A DNA stretch of 56,544 nucleotides, from assembly GCA_964645535.1 (NCBI GenBank), contig CAZYCQ010000004.1, positions 30,874 through 87,417 of the forward strand, read 5' to 3'. Shown here piece after piece: positions 1 through 10,906 of this stretch. This stretch comes from an uncultured archaeon. Its GTDB lineage: Archaea > Asgardarchaeota > Heimdallarchaeia > Heimdallarchaeales > Kariarchaeaceae. Both the position numbers and the translations under genes were made by a program. Below the pieces are notes generated by a model. It searched no databases and was not told the origin of the DNA. It saw nothing but the letters and a program-made list of their open reading frames with translations. Within the stretch, counting starts at the first letter, position 1. Every line of letters starts with the position of its first letter.

Positions 1-88
1 TGATGTTCCACAAATACAAGAATCTCAGACAGCTGATGTTCCACAAATACAAGAATCTCAGACAGCTGATGTTCCACAAATACAAGAA
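1..88 (+). repeat. 33-bp coding tandem repeat (about 2.7 copies visible, truncated by the window edge), encoding DVPQIQESQTA
   Basis: tgatgttccacaaatacaagaatctcagacagc is repeated exactly at 1-33 and 34-66, with a partial third copy at 67-88. The unit length is a multiple of 3 and it is in frame with the GTPase ORF. Confidence 0.95.
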
Positions 89-733
89 GTTCAGAATACA
101 CCACAGACCAATGCCCCTGATGTTTTGAAGGCATTGGATCAAATTAAAACACAGCCCAAGACCAAAAAAACTTCTGAAATCACGAATATCCAAATAGTTC
201 TACTGGGGGAAAGTGGTGTCGGGCGATCCTCATTACGGAGAGCCTTCCTTGGAAAACATTTCATTCCTGAGCATCTTAGCACAGTTGGTGCAGCCATGGA
301 TGACAGAATTGTCAATATCGATGGTCGCCACTATAAAATAACATTGGTTGATCTTGGAGGACAGGATTTCTATGCTCCAATTCGCGCAAATTTCTATCGA
401 AAGGCAAAAGGTGCTCTGCTTGTTTTCGATCTTACAAGAAAAGAGACTTTTGTGAAATTGGACTCGTGGTTGAGGGAATTCTTCAGGCATACACAACGTG
501 GTCTCCCATTTCTACTGGTAGGAAACAAAGCAGATCTCAAAAGAAAAGTTCCTTATGAAGAAGGACAGTTGTTGGCAGAAAACCTTTCCAAACAGACCGC
601 ACACGTAGGTTTTGAAGTGAAGTATTTTGAAACCTCCGCAAAGGATAACTATAATGTAGATTTGGTCTTTGAAGAGCTAATTAAACAAATAGTAAATTTC
701 GAAGGGTTATCCGTCAGTAAAATGCGAAATTAA
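2..733 (+). CDS. Rab-like small GTPase with a repetitive N-terminal extension (5'-truncated by the window)
   Basis: The frame is open from position 2 through the TTG at 125. G1 GESGVGRSS, G2 STVG, G3 DLGGQ, G4 NKAD, G5 ETSAK. Confidence 0.9.
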   Translation, partial: DVPQIQESQTADVPQIQESQTADVPQIQEVQNTPQTNAPDVLKALDQIKTQPKTKKTSEITNIQIVLLGESGVGRSSLRRAFLGKHFIPEHLSTVGAAMDDRIVNIDGRHYKITLVDLGGQDFYAPIRANFYRKAKGALLVFDLTRKETFVKLDSWLREFFRHTQRGLPFLLVGNKADLKRKVPYEEGQLLAENLSKQTAHVGFEVKYFETSAKDNYNVDLVFEELIKQIVNFEGLSVSKMRN

Positions 734-797
734 TTGGAAAATTGATTTGATTTGGATTTTTTCTGTGGAGAAGAAATAAATTGCCTTCCTCCAAAGA

Positions 798-1898
798 GTG
801 ATTATGGCTGAAACCTTTGACCTCATGGATGCAGTAGAAATTAGTTGGCGGCTATTTTTGTTCCTTACTCTTGGTTATATATTGCTCAGATATGTTTTTC
901 CTAGGATAAAACCTCTCCAGAAAATCCCCTTACTTAGATACCTTATTCTTCCTTCGAACCTATCAAAAAGGATTTTCTTTGTTTTTTCCTATTCTGGAGC
1001 TCTTCTCCTTTTTATCATTATCTTGGTCATCTTTCCTTCACTTAATCACTTGAATTCTACAGCATTGGCTTTCCAAATTACCTTGATATTCTTTTTCTCA
1101 AGCTTACTGATGTCTTGGGGGTTTGAACGTGATGTCGCACGACCGCTTCAATCAGTTGCTCGACAATCTGCACAATTTGCAGACAAGAACTTGGCAGCAC
1201 AGGTTAAACTATCGGAAACAGGTACTGGTGAAGCAAGAAAACTAGTCAACGCAAACCGTCAATTGGCCAATGTTTTCAGGACTCTCATTTCAAACATGAA
1301 AGAAACAACGAATCGACTTTCCGAAGCTGCTGAAGAACTTGCGGCCGGTTCCGAAGAAGTTTCCGCAACAACAGAGGAGGTAACTGCCACTATTCAAAAT
1401 ATCGCAGACGGTGCAGCTGAGCAGGTCAGACAGATTCAAGAAATTTCGAGAATCATTAAGGAAATCGATGAATTGATTGATACTTCGATTACTCAAATTG
1501 CTGAAACCTCAAGTATCACAAAGGATATTGCAGAACAAACCAACTTGATATCTTTGAATGCAGCCATTGAAGCTGCAAGGGCAGGCGCCAGCGGTCAAGG
1601 GTTTGGTGTAGTCGCAGATCAGGTAAGGAAGCTTTCCGTTGAATCCAAGAACGCCGCGGCTGAAATCGAATCAACGATCTTACAAATTGGTGAAAATATC
1701 AAATCTGCAGTTAAACGAATTGATGATGCAGTTAACACGATCTATGGTGTTGCAGAAAACACCGCAGCATCTTCAGAAGAGGCATCCGCTGCAGCTGAAG
1801 AACAATCTGCATCCCTCCAGGAAATTACGGAACATGCCCAAGAGTTATCTGAACTTGCAGACAAATCAAGAGCTATTATTGAAGAATGGCGAACCTGA
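798..1898 (+). CDS. Methyl-accepting chemotaxis-like protein (TM helices, HAMP, MCP signalling domain)
   Basis: Hairpin tip [35 protein letters not shown], methylation-type SEE..A..EE motifs and N-terminal hydrophobic helices. Confidence 0.92.
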   Translation: MIMAETFDLMDAVEISWRLFLFLTLGYILLRYVFPRIKPLQKIPLLRYLILPSNLSKRIFFVFSYSGALLLFIIILVIFPSLNHLNSTALAFQITLIFFFSSLLMSWGFERDVARPLQSVARQSAQFADKNLAAQVKLSETGTGEARKLVNANRQLANVFRTLISNMKETTNRLSEAAEELAAGSEEVSATTEEVTATIQNIADGAAEQVRQIQEISRIIKEIDELIDTSITQIAETSSITKDIAEQTNLISLNAAIEAARAGASGQGFGVVADQVRKLSVESKNAAAEIESTILQIGENIKSAVKRIDDAVNTIYGVAENTAASSEEASAAAEEQSASLQEITEHAQELSELADKSRAIIEEWRT

Positions 1899-1965
1899 AA
1901 GATTCGATCAAATACACCTTATGGAACTGGAAACTTTTTTTAGATGAATACCCATGTCACCCTGT

Positions 1966-3228
1966 ATGTCTGAACAAATTACAAAAATCAGAGCGAGAGA
2001 AGTGTTGGATTCCAGAGGAAATCCCACCGTCGAATGTGAAATTTTCACCCAAACATATCGATCCAGATTTATTGTTCCTTCCGGTGCTTCAACCGGACAA
2101 TATGAAGCTGTGGAATTGAGAGACAACGATCCGAACCGTTTCCATGGGAAAGGTGTTCTCAAGGCTGTGTCAAATGTCAACGATACCATTGCTCCGAAGC
2201 TAATCGGAATGGATCCTACAGACCAAAAAACCATAGACAGTATCATGCTCGATTTAGATGGCACCCCAAACAAAAGCAATCTTGGTGCAAATGCAATTCT
2301 TAGTGTTTCGGGTGCAGCTGCAAGATTGGGCGCAAAAGTTACAGGCAAACACCTCTTTGAGTATCTGGGAAATTCAAAGCGGCTTCCAACACCATTGCTG
2401 AATGTAATCAATGGAGGAAAACATGCCGGTGGAAATCTAGCCATCCAAGAATTCATGATAGTACCCAAAGGCTTTGATACTTTCTCTGAAGGATTGAGAG
2501 CTTCATCAGAGGTCTACCATTCACTGAAAAAGTATCTCAAAGAAAAATATGGAAGCAGTTCAATCAATGTTGGAGATGAGGGTGGCTTTGCTCCTCAATT
2601 GGACTATGCAAAAGATGCTCTTGCCGCCTTGTCAATGGCCATAAACAATGCAGGCTATGAAGTCGGAGAGCATTTCTTCTTTGCCATTGATGCAGCAGCC
2701 TCGGAATTTCTTCATGATGGAAAATATCGAATTGATGGAATGGAACTTACGGCAGATGAACTTCTCAATTATTATCTTTCTCTCATAGATGAGTACCCTG
2801 CTTTGATTTCCTTGGAGGATCCATTTGATGAGAATGACTTTGAATCCTTTGCAAAGCTTGTGAAAAAAATCGGAAAGGAAAAGGCAATTGTAGGGGATGA
2901 TCTCACTGTTACAAACGTTGAACGTATCAATACTGCCATACAACATCAAGCAATGAATTATCTCCTTCTCAAAATCAACCAAATCGGAACCCTCACCGAA
3001 GCACGAAATGCATTTGATCTAACAAAATCGCAAAATTGGGGTGTTGTTGTCTCTCACAGATCCGGAGAAACAGAGGATGCTTTCATTGCTGATTTGGCAG
3101 TGGGATGGGGAGCAGAAAGAATTAAGACTGGTGCTCCTGCAAGGTCTGAAAGAGTCGCAAAATACAATCAGTTATTGAGAATTGAACATCTATTGGGTGA
3201 AGAAGCAAAATATTACAAAGGAATGTAG
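1966..3228 (+). CDS. eno: Enolase (start may be 1954 or 1966)
   Basis: AREVLDSRGNPTVE, VPSGASTG, NVINGGKHAG, GDEGGFAP, LLKINQIGTLTE, SHRSGETED, IKTGAPARSER. Confidence 0.99.
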   Translation: MSEQITKIRAREVLDSRGNPTVECEIFTQTYRSRFIVPSGASTGQYEAVELRDNDPNRFHGKGVLKAVSNVNDTIAPKLIGMDPTDQKTIDSIMLDLDGTPNKSNLGANAILSVSGAAARLGAKVTGKHLFEYLGNSKRLPTPLLNVINGGKHAGGNLAIQEFMIVPKGFDTFSEGLRASSEVYHSLKKYLKEKYGSSSINVGDEGGFAPQLDYAKDALAALSMAINNAGYEVGEHFFFAIDAAASEFLHDGKYRIDGMELTADELLNYYLSLIDEYPALISLEDPFDENDFESFAKLVKKIGKEKAIVGDDLTVTNVERINTAIQHQAMNYLLLKINQIGTLTEARNAFDLTKSQNWGVVVSHRSGETEDAFIADLAVGWGAERIKTGAPARSERVAKYNQLLRIEHLLGEEAKYYKGM

Positions 3229-3306
3229 CACTTTTCAATTATCGATTGTTCAACTTCCCAATTTAAATAGCAAGAATTTGAAAGGCAATCAACTGAGTGA
3301 ATCGGA

Positions 3307-4731
3307 ATGTCTCACTTCATACATAATGGCAAAAGGATCGTTATCATTGATGATTCACTCTATCAAAGGGAAATCCTGTTTAAACAACTTACTGAAGATG
3401 GTTATGACATTGTCGGACTGGCCGAAAATGCAAAAGACGGTTTCCGTGTAGTTGCAACCGAACGACCAGATTTGGTAATTGTTGATTTGTCCTTGCCTGA
3501 TCTTCCTGCTGAAGAAGTCATTAGAGGGATTAAATCCATAAACCAAAAAATATTCACCGTGATTTCAGCACCTCTCGGATACGAGGAAGATGTCAATTTC
3601 TTGATGCGCCTTGGATGTGATGAATTTCTTCCCAAACCCATTGAAACCTCCCATCTTGAATATATTCTTAACAAATTCGAGGTTTTGAATTTCCCGAAAG
3701 TCGAAAATCGAACCATCGGCATCAATTTCCTTCATCAAACCTTTTACAATCAAATGATTCAATATGCAAGTGATGACATAAAAAAAATCATCAGCAAAAC
3801 CATCGTTCAACACAGCAGAACTTTGGCTAGAAAATACCCTGAACGTTTCTTTTTTGATGCCAGGCGAAATTATCTCCATGTTATTCTCCCACATAAACAA
3901 GGTGATGGTTCCAAAAAATTTGAAAAAGTGATCGTTCGACAATTGGAAAACCTTCTCACTCGTATCCTCAACAGTTTGGAGAAGAAAATCCCAATTGAAA
4001 TGCTTCTCTCTCTACTTCATGAAAGTTTTCTTTCTTATGCATCACTTGTCAAACCAGTTGCTGATTACTATGATTACGATTTTCCAGATTGGAAATCGTT
4101 CAAGTTTGAGGTTACTCAACCCGACTATCTGTCAAGACAAAAGACCAAAATTGAATACATCTCAAACTCGGAATTCAATTGGCCAGAAATCCCTCAATTT
4201 GCAGAAATCCAAAGGATCAATGCCTATCGGGTTGATGAAAAGGGAGATTTCCCTCAAAGAACATTGAAAGAGACTGCTCACAATATCCATATAGTGCTCT
4301 CAGTATTCGATGAAATTTATGGTCCAAAAGTTGGTATCACTAGACCACCCAACGTTGAAGACCGGCTTAATCCCATCCTCCGGATAATTCCCAGTTTGAT
4401 GGATAGACAAGGATTGAAGGAAATGGATCCCTTTCTTTACAGTGAAACAGATTTTGGCTGCCTGAACCTAGTCTTTTCCGTGAAAAAAGAAGGTCTGAGA
4501 GGAAGCCGCGTCGAAATGATGATTTCAATCTTGATCACTCCCATTACCACAGAAATTCTTCTCAAACTAAGCCAAATGAAAGGAATTCTAAGGGCAATTG
4601 CCGCTCAAATCCGATTCCATGTTGAGGAATCTGAATATTCCAATCCTGAAGAAATACTGACTTTTCAATCGGAAATTTCTGACCTTCTATCGGTTTTCCA
4701 CCATGAAGTAAGAAGTTTTATGGAATATTGA
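3307..4731 (+). CDS. Response regulator: CheY-like receiver, helical middle domain and C-terminal longin/uDENN-like domain
   Basis: The receiver is clear (IIDDS, VIVDLSLP, VISA, LPKP). The C-terminal IVLSVFDEIYGPKV...GLRGSRVEMMISILI resembles uDENN motifs; the output-domain call is inference. Confidence 0.8.
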   Translation: MSHFIHNGKRIVIIDDSLYQREILFKQLTEDGYDIVGLAENAKDGFRVVATERPDLVIVDLSLPDLPAEEVIRGIKSINQKIFTVISAPLGYEEDVNFLMRLGCDEFLPKPIETSHLEYILNKFEVLNFPKVENRTIGINFLHQTFYNQMIQYASDDIKKIISKTIVQHSRTLARKYPERFFFDARRNYLHVILPHKQGDGSKKFEKVIVRQLENLLTRILNSLEKKIPIEMLLSLLHESFLSYASLVKPVADYYDYDFPDWKSFKFEVTQPDYLSRQKTKIEYISNSEFNWPEIPQFAEIQRINAYRVDEKGDFPQRTLKETAHNIHIVLSVFDEIYGPKVGITRPPNVEDRLNPILRIIPSLMDRQGLKEMDPFLYSETDFGCLNLVFSVKKEGLRGSRVEMMISILITPITTEILLKLSQMKGILRAIAAQIRFHVEESEYSNPEEILTFQSEISDLLSVFHHEVRSFMEY

Positions 4732-4785
4732 CCAATCCCATGAGAACAATTTTTTATTCTGAAAATATACCTACGTATTACTAAG

Positions 4786-4974
4786 GTGGTTATGTTGGCT
4801 TCGGAAAAACTTTCCCCATTGACATTCAGAATTACTCCGGAAATGGAAAAACGTATTAACCAGCTCGTTGAAAAGAAATATTTCAAAAACAAGGCTGAAT
4901 TGATCAGAGAAGCAGTTGAAAATTTCCTCCTTAACGAAAAACTGGTGTCTGAAAACTTTAATTCGCAGAATTGA
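4786..4974 (+). CDS. Ribbon-helix-helix (CopG/Arc/MetJ) DNA-binding protein
   Basis: LTFRITPEMEKRINQLVEKKYFKNKAELIREAV fits the RHH beta-alpha-alpha pattern. Confidence 0.85.
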   Translation: MVMLASEKLSPLTFRITPEMEKRINQLVEKKYFKNKAELIREAVENFLLNEKLVSENFNSQN

Positions 4975-5215
4975 AATCCCTGTTTTCCGATTGTTCTGAA
5001 AAATTGCTTTGATGACCCAAAATTGTCACTATTGCATCATACTGTTTCTTGGAAAGCTGAAGCTCATGTTTAATGTGCTTGTTCATCAGGTCTGCCGCAA
5101 TCATTTTGATCCGAGGAAGATCTGTCAAAAAAATGTTTTCTTTTCTTTTGAGACTTCGAGCCACCAGCTGTAGGGCATCAAGGATCCGAACCTTTGGAGT
5201 CAAATCATCATCCAT
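4958..5215 (-). CDS. Hypothetical protein (85 aa)
   Basis: ATG-started ORF filling otherwise empty space, with a short convergent overlap with the RHH gene. Confidence 0.55.
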   Translation of the reverse strand: MDDDLTPKVRILDALQLVARSLKRKENIFLTDLPRIKMIAADLMNKHIKHELQLSKKQYDAIVTILGHQSNFSEQSENRDFNSAN

Positions 5216-5361
5216 TCTAACATAACCACCGAAGAGAAATTAATCAAATCGCTTTGTTAAATCTTTCTTAGGCTTCGTGAATCTCCTAAATTCTTAAACA
5301 TCCTTCAATGGTGCAAGGAATGAATATTCGTGCCTTATTTTTCTTTACCTGCTTAGATCGA

Positions 5362-5952
5362 TCAAGTTCGATCATGATAGTAATCAAAGAATATTTCAAT
5401 TTCTCCAGGATGAATCCCTAGTTTTTTCAGTTTTTGCAGTATCTCCCTTTCCCCAACCCCCTTTTTTTCCATTAGATTTTTGAACTGAGAAATGAATTCA
5501 AACCGTTCCCAACCAAAAACAACCCATTTCTCTGTTTCGACAAGGTAATAGTCTGGTTTTATGATGGAATGTGGTTTGTAATAGATTGTGAGGGTACGAT
5601 ATTCACAATCCTTCATGCTTTCTAACTGTTCAACTACTTTTTGGAGGCTTTTTCCCGTATCTGCAACATCATCCACGATTAAAACCTTTTTTCCTGACAG
5701 ATCTGGGGCAGCTTGGGTAATCCGGGGTTCTTCATCCCTTGTATTGATGTCATTATAGAAATCAATTTTGATGTTTGCAGTCTCCTTGATCCTGAAAAAA
5801 TCTGCCAAGAGTCTTGCAGGCACCCAACCTCCTCGGGCTACACCCAAAATAACATCTGGAATGAAACCAGATTCCTTGACCATTTGAAACATTGCCAAGG
5901 CTGAACTATAGCTTTCCTCCCATGTTTGAACTAGGAAATCCTCTTCTTTCAC
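5362..5952 (-). CDS. Purine phosphoribosyltransferase (type I PRTase, archaeal Gpt/Hpt-like)
   Basis: VARGGWVPARLLAD, PRPP loop VLIVDDVADTGKSL, KPDYY...WVVFGWE. Confidence 0.92.
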   Translation of the reverse strand: MKEEDFLVQTWEESYSSALAMFQMVKESGFIPDVILGVARGGWVPARLLADFFRIKETANIKIDFYNDINTRDEEPRITQAAPDLSGKKVLIVDDVADTGKSLQKVVEQLESMKDCEYRTLTIYYKPHSIIKPDYYLVETEKWVVFGWERFEFISQFKNLMEKKGVGEREILQKLKKLGIHPGEIEIFFDYYHDRT

Positions 5953-6134
5953 AGAACCATTCGGATTTTTCTATTAATTAATTTAGGGATGCAGACAATG
6001 AAATCGGTTGATGGATTGTCGCTTTGTTTTCAGAGAAAATCCATTGTTTCTGACGAAATTGCATTAATTTTCCCGTATAAAATTCCGTAATTTTACTATT
6101 ATTTTTTATATAGGCTTAGCATAAACGGAATTAG

Positions 6135-7526
<1,392 letters not shown>

Positions 7527-7528
7527 TA

Positions 7529-8350
7529 TCAAGTTTCTTTAAGGAAATTTTGTATCTCCGTTAGTTTTTCTATATAATTACTTGTTGAATCTCCTTGATA
7601 TAACGATTTCAGTTTTTCTAATTGATTCAAATCTTTGGATGCCAGTATTTCTCTTTCCAACTTCATGATTCCTTCCTTTAATTCCCGATAATTTTCCGCA
7701 TGGACTGTCAATCCCAACAAAGAAATCCAGTCTTCATTTAATCTGAAGTTTGGATCAATGCTCATAAACTGCCTGAAACTATGTGATGCCAGATCCTCAT
7801 AACCCAACTCGTAATAACAACGAAATAGGAAATACCAATATTCTTGCTTTTGTTCGATCTTCAGCAATTTCTCAAATATTTCTGAGGCTCTTGCGAAGTT
7901 TTGGATATTGAATTGGAATTCTGCATAGGTCAACAGGAGCAACGGCTTTTGTGGAAATCGTTCCAGACCTTTTTCCAGGACTTTTATTGCTTCGGGTAAT
8001 CCCCTTGTTTTCTCAATGACAAGACTAAGAAAATAAAAAACCGTCCAATCTATTTCCAAAGGCATCGCGACATCAAGATATTTATTGAACCAAATTTCTG
8101 CATTTTCCCATTCGTTTAACTTGAAAAAAACCATCCCAAGTCTGAAAATGACTGTTGCATCTGAAGGGTCAAGATTATGCGCCACGAGAAAACAATCCAA
8201 AGAACTTTCAAAATCATTTTTAAGAAAATAAAGCATGCCGCAGGTCACCCAAACCCGTTCATCCTTTGGGTTTTCGTTCAATTCATCGATCAAACCATCA
8301 ATAAGATCTGACAATTGATTTTTATCAGAACGATGGTTTGTTTCTTCCAT
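7529..8350 (-). CDS. TPR-repeat protein
   Basis: Repeated W..LG..YF...D/EW..A...F.....DP helical pairs. Confidence 0.85.
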   Translation of the reverse strand: MEETNHRSDKNQLSDLIDGLIDELNENPKDERVWVTCGMLYFLKNDFESSLDCFLVAHNLDPSDATVIFRLGMVFFKLNEWENAEIWFNKYLDVAMPLEIDWTVFYFLSLVIEKTRGLPEAIKVLEKGLERFPQKPLLLLTYAEFQFNIQNFARASEIFEKLLKIEQKQEYWYFLFRCYYELGYEDLASHSFRQFMSIDPNFRLNEDWISLLGLTVHAENYRELKEGIMKLEREILASKDLNQLEKLKSLYQGDSTSNYIEKLTEIQNFLKET

Positions 8351-8485
8351 TATTCATATTGGGTTGAATCCAATATAAGCAAATTTCCCTAATAGACCAC
8401 AATTCTGCTATTAAATTTTGAAAATCAATTTGAAATTGCAGGGAGGAACCGTTATATTGTTAAAAAAAGAATAATACATTCACTC

Positions 8486-9493
8486 ATGGCCGATTTATCT
8501 GAGGAAATACGGATGAGGGCATCCAAGGCATTGCAATTCCTCTTTGAAATGTCTGAAAAATACATTAAACCTGAAAATCCATTGAGAAAGGCCGCTCTCC
8601 ACTATCCAAAAGGGGGCGGGAAAGGATTCCGACCAGCTATGCTCATGCTTACCTGTGGCGCCGTTGGAGGAAACGAAGATGAGGCAATTCCTGCCGCTGC
8701 TGCAATTGAGGCGCTTCATGTTTCTAGTCTCATTCATGATGACTTTATGGACAATGATGAAACCAGAAGAGGAATCACCTCAGTTTGGAAACAATGGAAC
8801 CCAACAATTGCAATTCTTGCAGGAGATGTGCTTGTGGGTCTTGCATTTAGATTGGTGTCCAAACTGAAAGGATTGGATGATCATATCGTCCGCGAAATTT
8901 TGTCAGGATTAGCATTGAAATATACCGAACTTTGTCATGGCCAGATGTTGGACATAGGATTTACAGAACGCCCAATTGAAACAATTACTGTTGAGGATGT
9001 CCAAGAAATGCAATACCTGAAAACTGGCGTCCTTTTTGAATTCTGCTGTGTATCTGGTGCTCAAATCGGTATGAGAAAATTGGAACACCCTTGGATTGAT
9101 GCCATCCGTAACTTTGCAAAGAAAGCTGGAACTGCATTTCAGATTCAAGATGATATTTTAGGTATCGTTGAAGACTCATCCAAGACAGGAAAACCACAGT
9201 TTTCAGATTTAAGAGAAGGTAAAAGGACAATCATTGCCGTCCATGCCTTCAATAACGCTTCAGAGGAACAAAAGGCCACGTTAAGAAAATACTTTGGGAA
9301 TCATTCTGCAACACAAGATGAACTGACAAAAATTTTCGAGGTCTTCAAGGAAGTCGGTTCCATCGATTATGCAAAAAGTCTAGCTCTAGATCTTGCAAAA
9401 TCTGCATTGAATGACCTCAACGAACTTCCTGACTCGGAAAATAAAAAAATCTTGGAAGAATTCGCTTTACTTATGATTTCCCGTGAATTTTAA
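8486..9493 (+). CDS. trans-Polyprenyl diphosphate synthase (IdsA/GGPPS family)
   Basis: GGKGFRP, FARM LIHDDFMD..ETRRG, GQMLD, LKTG, SARM FQIQDDILG, DLREGKRT. Confidence 0.95.
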   Translation: MADLSEEIRMRASKALQFLFEMSEKYIKPENPLRKAALHYPKGGGKGFRPAMLMLTCGAVGGNEDEAIPAAAAIEALHVSSLIHDDFMDNDETRRGITSVWKQWNPTIAILAGDVLVGLAFRLVSKLKGLDDHIVREILSGLALKYTELCHGQMLDIGFTERPIETITVEDVQEMQYLKTGVLFEFCCVSGAQIGMRKLEHPWIDAIRNFAKKAGTAFQIQDDILGIVEDSSKTGKPQFSDLREGKRTIIAVHAFNNASEEQKATLRKYFGNHSATQDELTKIFEVFKEVGSIDYAKSLALDLAKSALNDLNELPDSENKKILEEFALLMISREF

Positions 9494-9561
9494 GTCATTT
9501 GCTTTATCTGAATAAATGTCATTATAAATAGATATTTAACTAAGCAAATCTCTCTTCCTCT

Positions 9562-10839
9562 ATGGCTGTTCCTACAGTAACAAATCTATTGTTTACCCAT
9601 CCACTGCTTATATTCGGTTTCTTTCTCAGTTCCGCATATATTCTAGCTCTCTTTCTTGAGAAATTCAACTTGCCACATATCCTGTCATACCTTTTCATTG
9701 GGTTTTTCTATTCCAACTTCTTTTTTCAGGATATTTTCAACGATCCGGCTTATTCTTCTGAAATCAAATTGCTTTTCCACACAGTTGAGATTTTTGCTCT
9801 TGGACTGATAGGTTTCCAAATCGGAACCGAATTAGATCTTAAACAACTTATGCAGGAGCCGCGAAAATTGGCTATTTTAGTGGCAGGAAATATGATTGGC
9901 ACTTTCGTTATTGTGGCAGTCGTTATGGCCTTTTTTTCATTTGATTTCATAACTGTCTTAATTCTTGCAGCATTAGCCACTTCCACAGCACCAGCTGCAA
10001 CTGTCGGCGTCATAAAGAAATTGAAGGCAAAAGGTGAAGTCACTCAAAAAGTTCAATGGGTCCTTGCATTTGATGACGTTGCCTCTGTAATGCTAGTTGA
10101 GGCAATTCTCATTTTTGCCCTTATTTCATTTGGAGGTGCTGCAACTTTCGCAGAATTTACTTTCTCGTTAGGCAAGGAAATCGGTCTTGCAATCGTCTTA
10201 GGATTTGTCGGCGGTTTCATTCTCAACAAATTGGTCGAAAAAATGGAAGACCCTGTTACGAAAATGGAAATTTCTCTTGGAATCACCATTTTGGTCATCG
10301 GAATTTCGGAATTCGTCGAAACTTCAGCTATTACAGCAACTATGATGTTGGGGGCAACAGTAATCAACTTAGGGAAGAACGACTTCATTGATGTTCAACA
10401 CATTATTGATATAATTATGAGTCCAGTCATTGCAATATTTTTCATTCTGATAGGAATCAAAATGGAATTGTCTGTTTTCAGTCCATTCCCATTTGTTGCC
10501 CTATTCTACTTTACTGCCCGTATCATTGGAAAATTTGTCGGCGCCTATTTCCCTGCTCGCCAAATTGGAATTGCTGAACCAAAAAGAACCGGTTTTTCAG
10601 TCAGTCTCTTTGCCCAAGGGGGCGTTGTTTTGGGTTTGGCTTCCATTGTCGCAGAAAAATTGGAAAGCATTGGAAAAACAGAACTTGGCACTTATATTCT
10701 TGGATTGGTATTGATTTCGACTATCCTGTCTGAATTGGTTGGAGTCATTGCAGCTGATTGGGGAATCAAGAGATCTGGAGAAGCAGAAAAGATAATTGAA
10801 AAAGATTCGTTACCTACTGCGGCAATCCATCACCAATAA
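9562..10839 (+). CDS. Cation:proton antiporter (CPA2/KefB-like)
   Basis: About 12 hydrophobic helices; ALGLIGFQIGTEL, TSTAPAAT, LAFDD, FFILIG, ARIIGKFVG, AQGGV. Confidence 0.9.
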   Translation: MAVPTVTNLLFTHPLLIFGFFLSSAYILALFLEKFNLPHILSYLFIGFFYSNFFFQDIFNDPAYSSEIKLLFHTVEIFALGLIGFQIGTELDLKQLMQEPRKLAILVAGNMIGTFVIVAVVMAFFSFDFITVLILAALATSTAPAATVGVIKKLKAKGEVTQKVQWVLAFDDVASVMLVEAILIFALISFGGAATFAEFTFSLGKEIGLAIVLGFVGGFILNKLVEKMEDPVTKMEISLGITILVIGISEFVETSAITATMMLGATVINLGKNDFIDVQHIIDIIMSPVIAIFFILIGIKMELSVFSPFPFVALFYFTARIIGKFVGAYFPARQIGIAEPKRTGFSVSLFAQGGVVLGLASIVAEKLESIGKTELGTYILGLVLISTILSELVGVIAADWGIKRSGEAEKIIEKDSLPTAAIHHQ

Positions 10840-10906
10840 AAACTTATAAACTTTGCTGGTTTTATGATGAAAAATTTATTAAGTAGCAAATTACCCGATC
10901 ACTTGC

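Noticed and set aside
1-88. 33-bp direct repeats as a CRISPR array
   Set aside because: The units are contiguous with no spacers, are in frame with a CDS, and no cas genes are present.
1908-2468. Long antisense ORFs (this one, and e.g. 24546-24986, 33591-34028, 28442-28816, 49797-50189)
   Set aside because: They are shadows of well-supported genes on the opposite strand and have no recognisable motifs.
4786-5215. RHH gene plus small ORF as a toxin-antitoxin pair
   Set aside because: The genes are convergent rather than co-transcribed, and the 85-aa ORF shows no PIN/RelE/MazF features.
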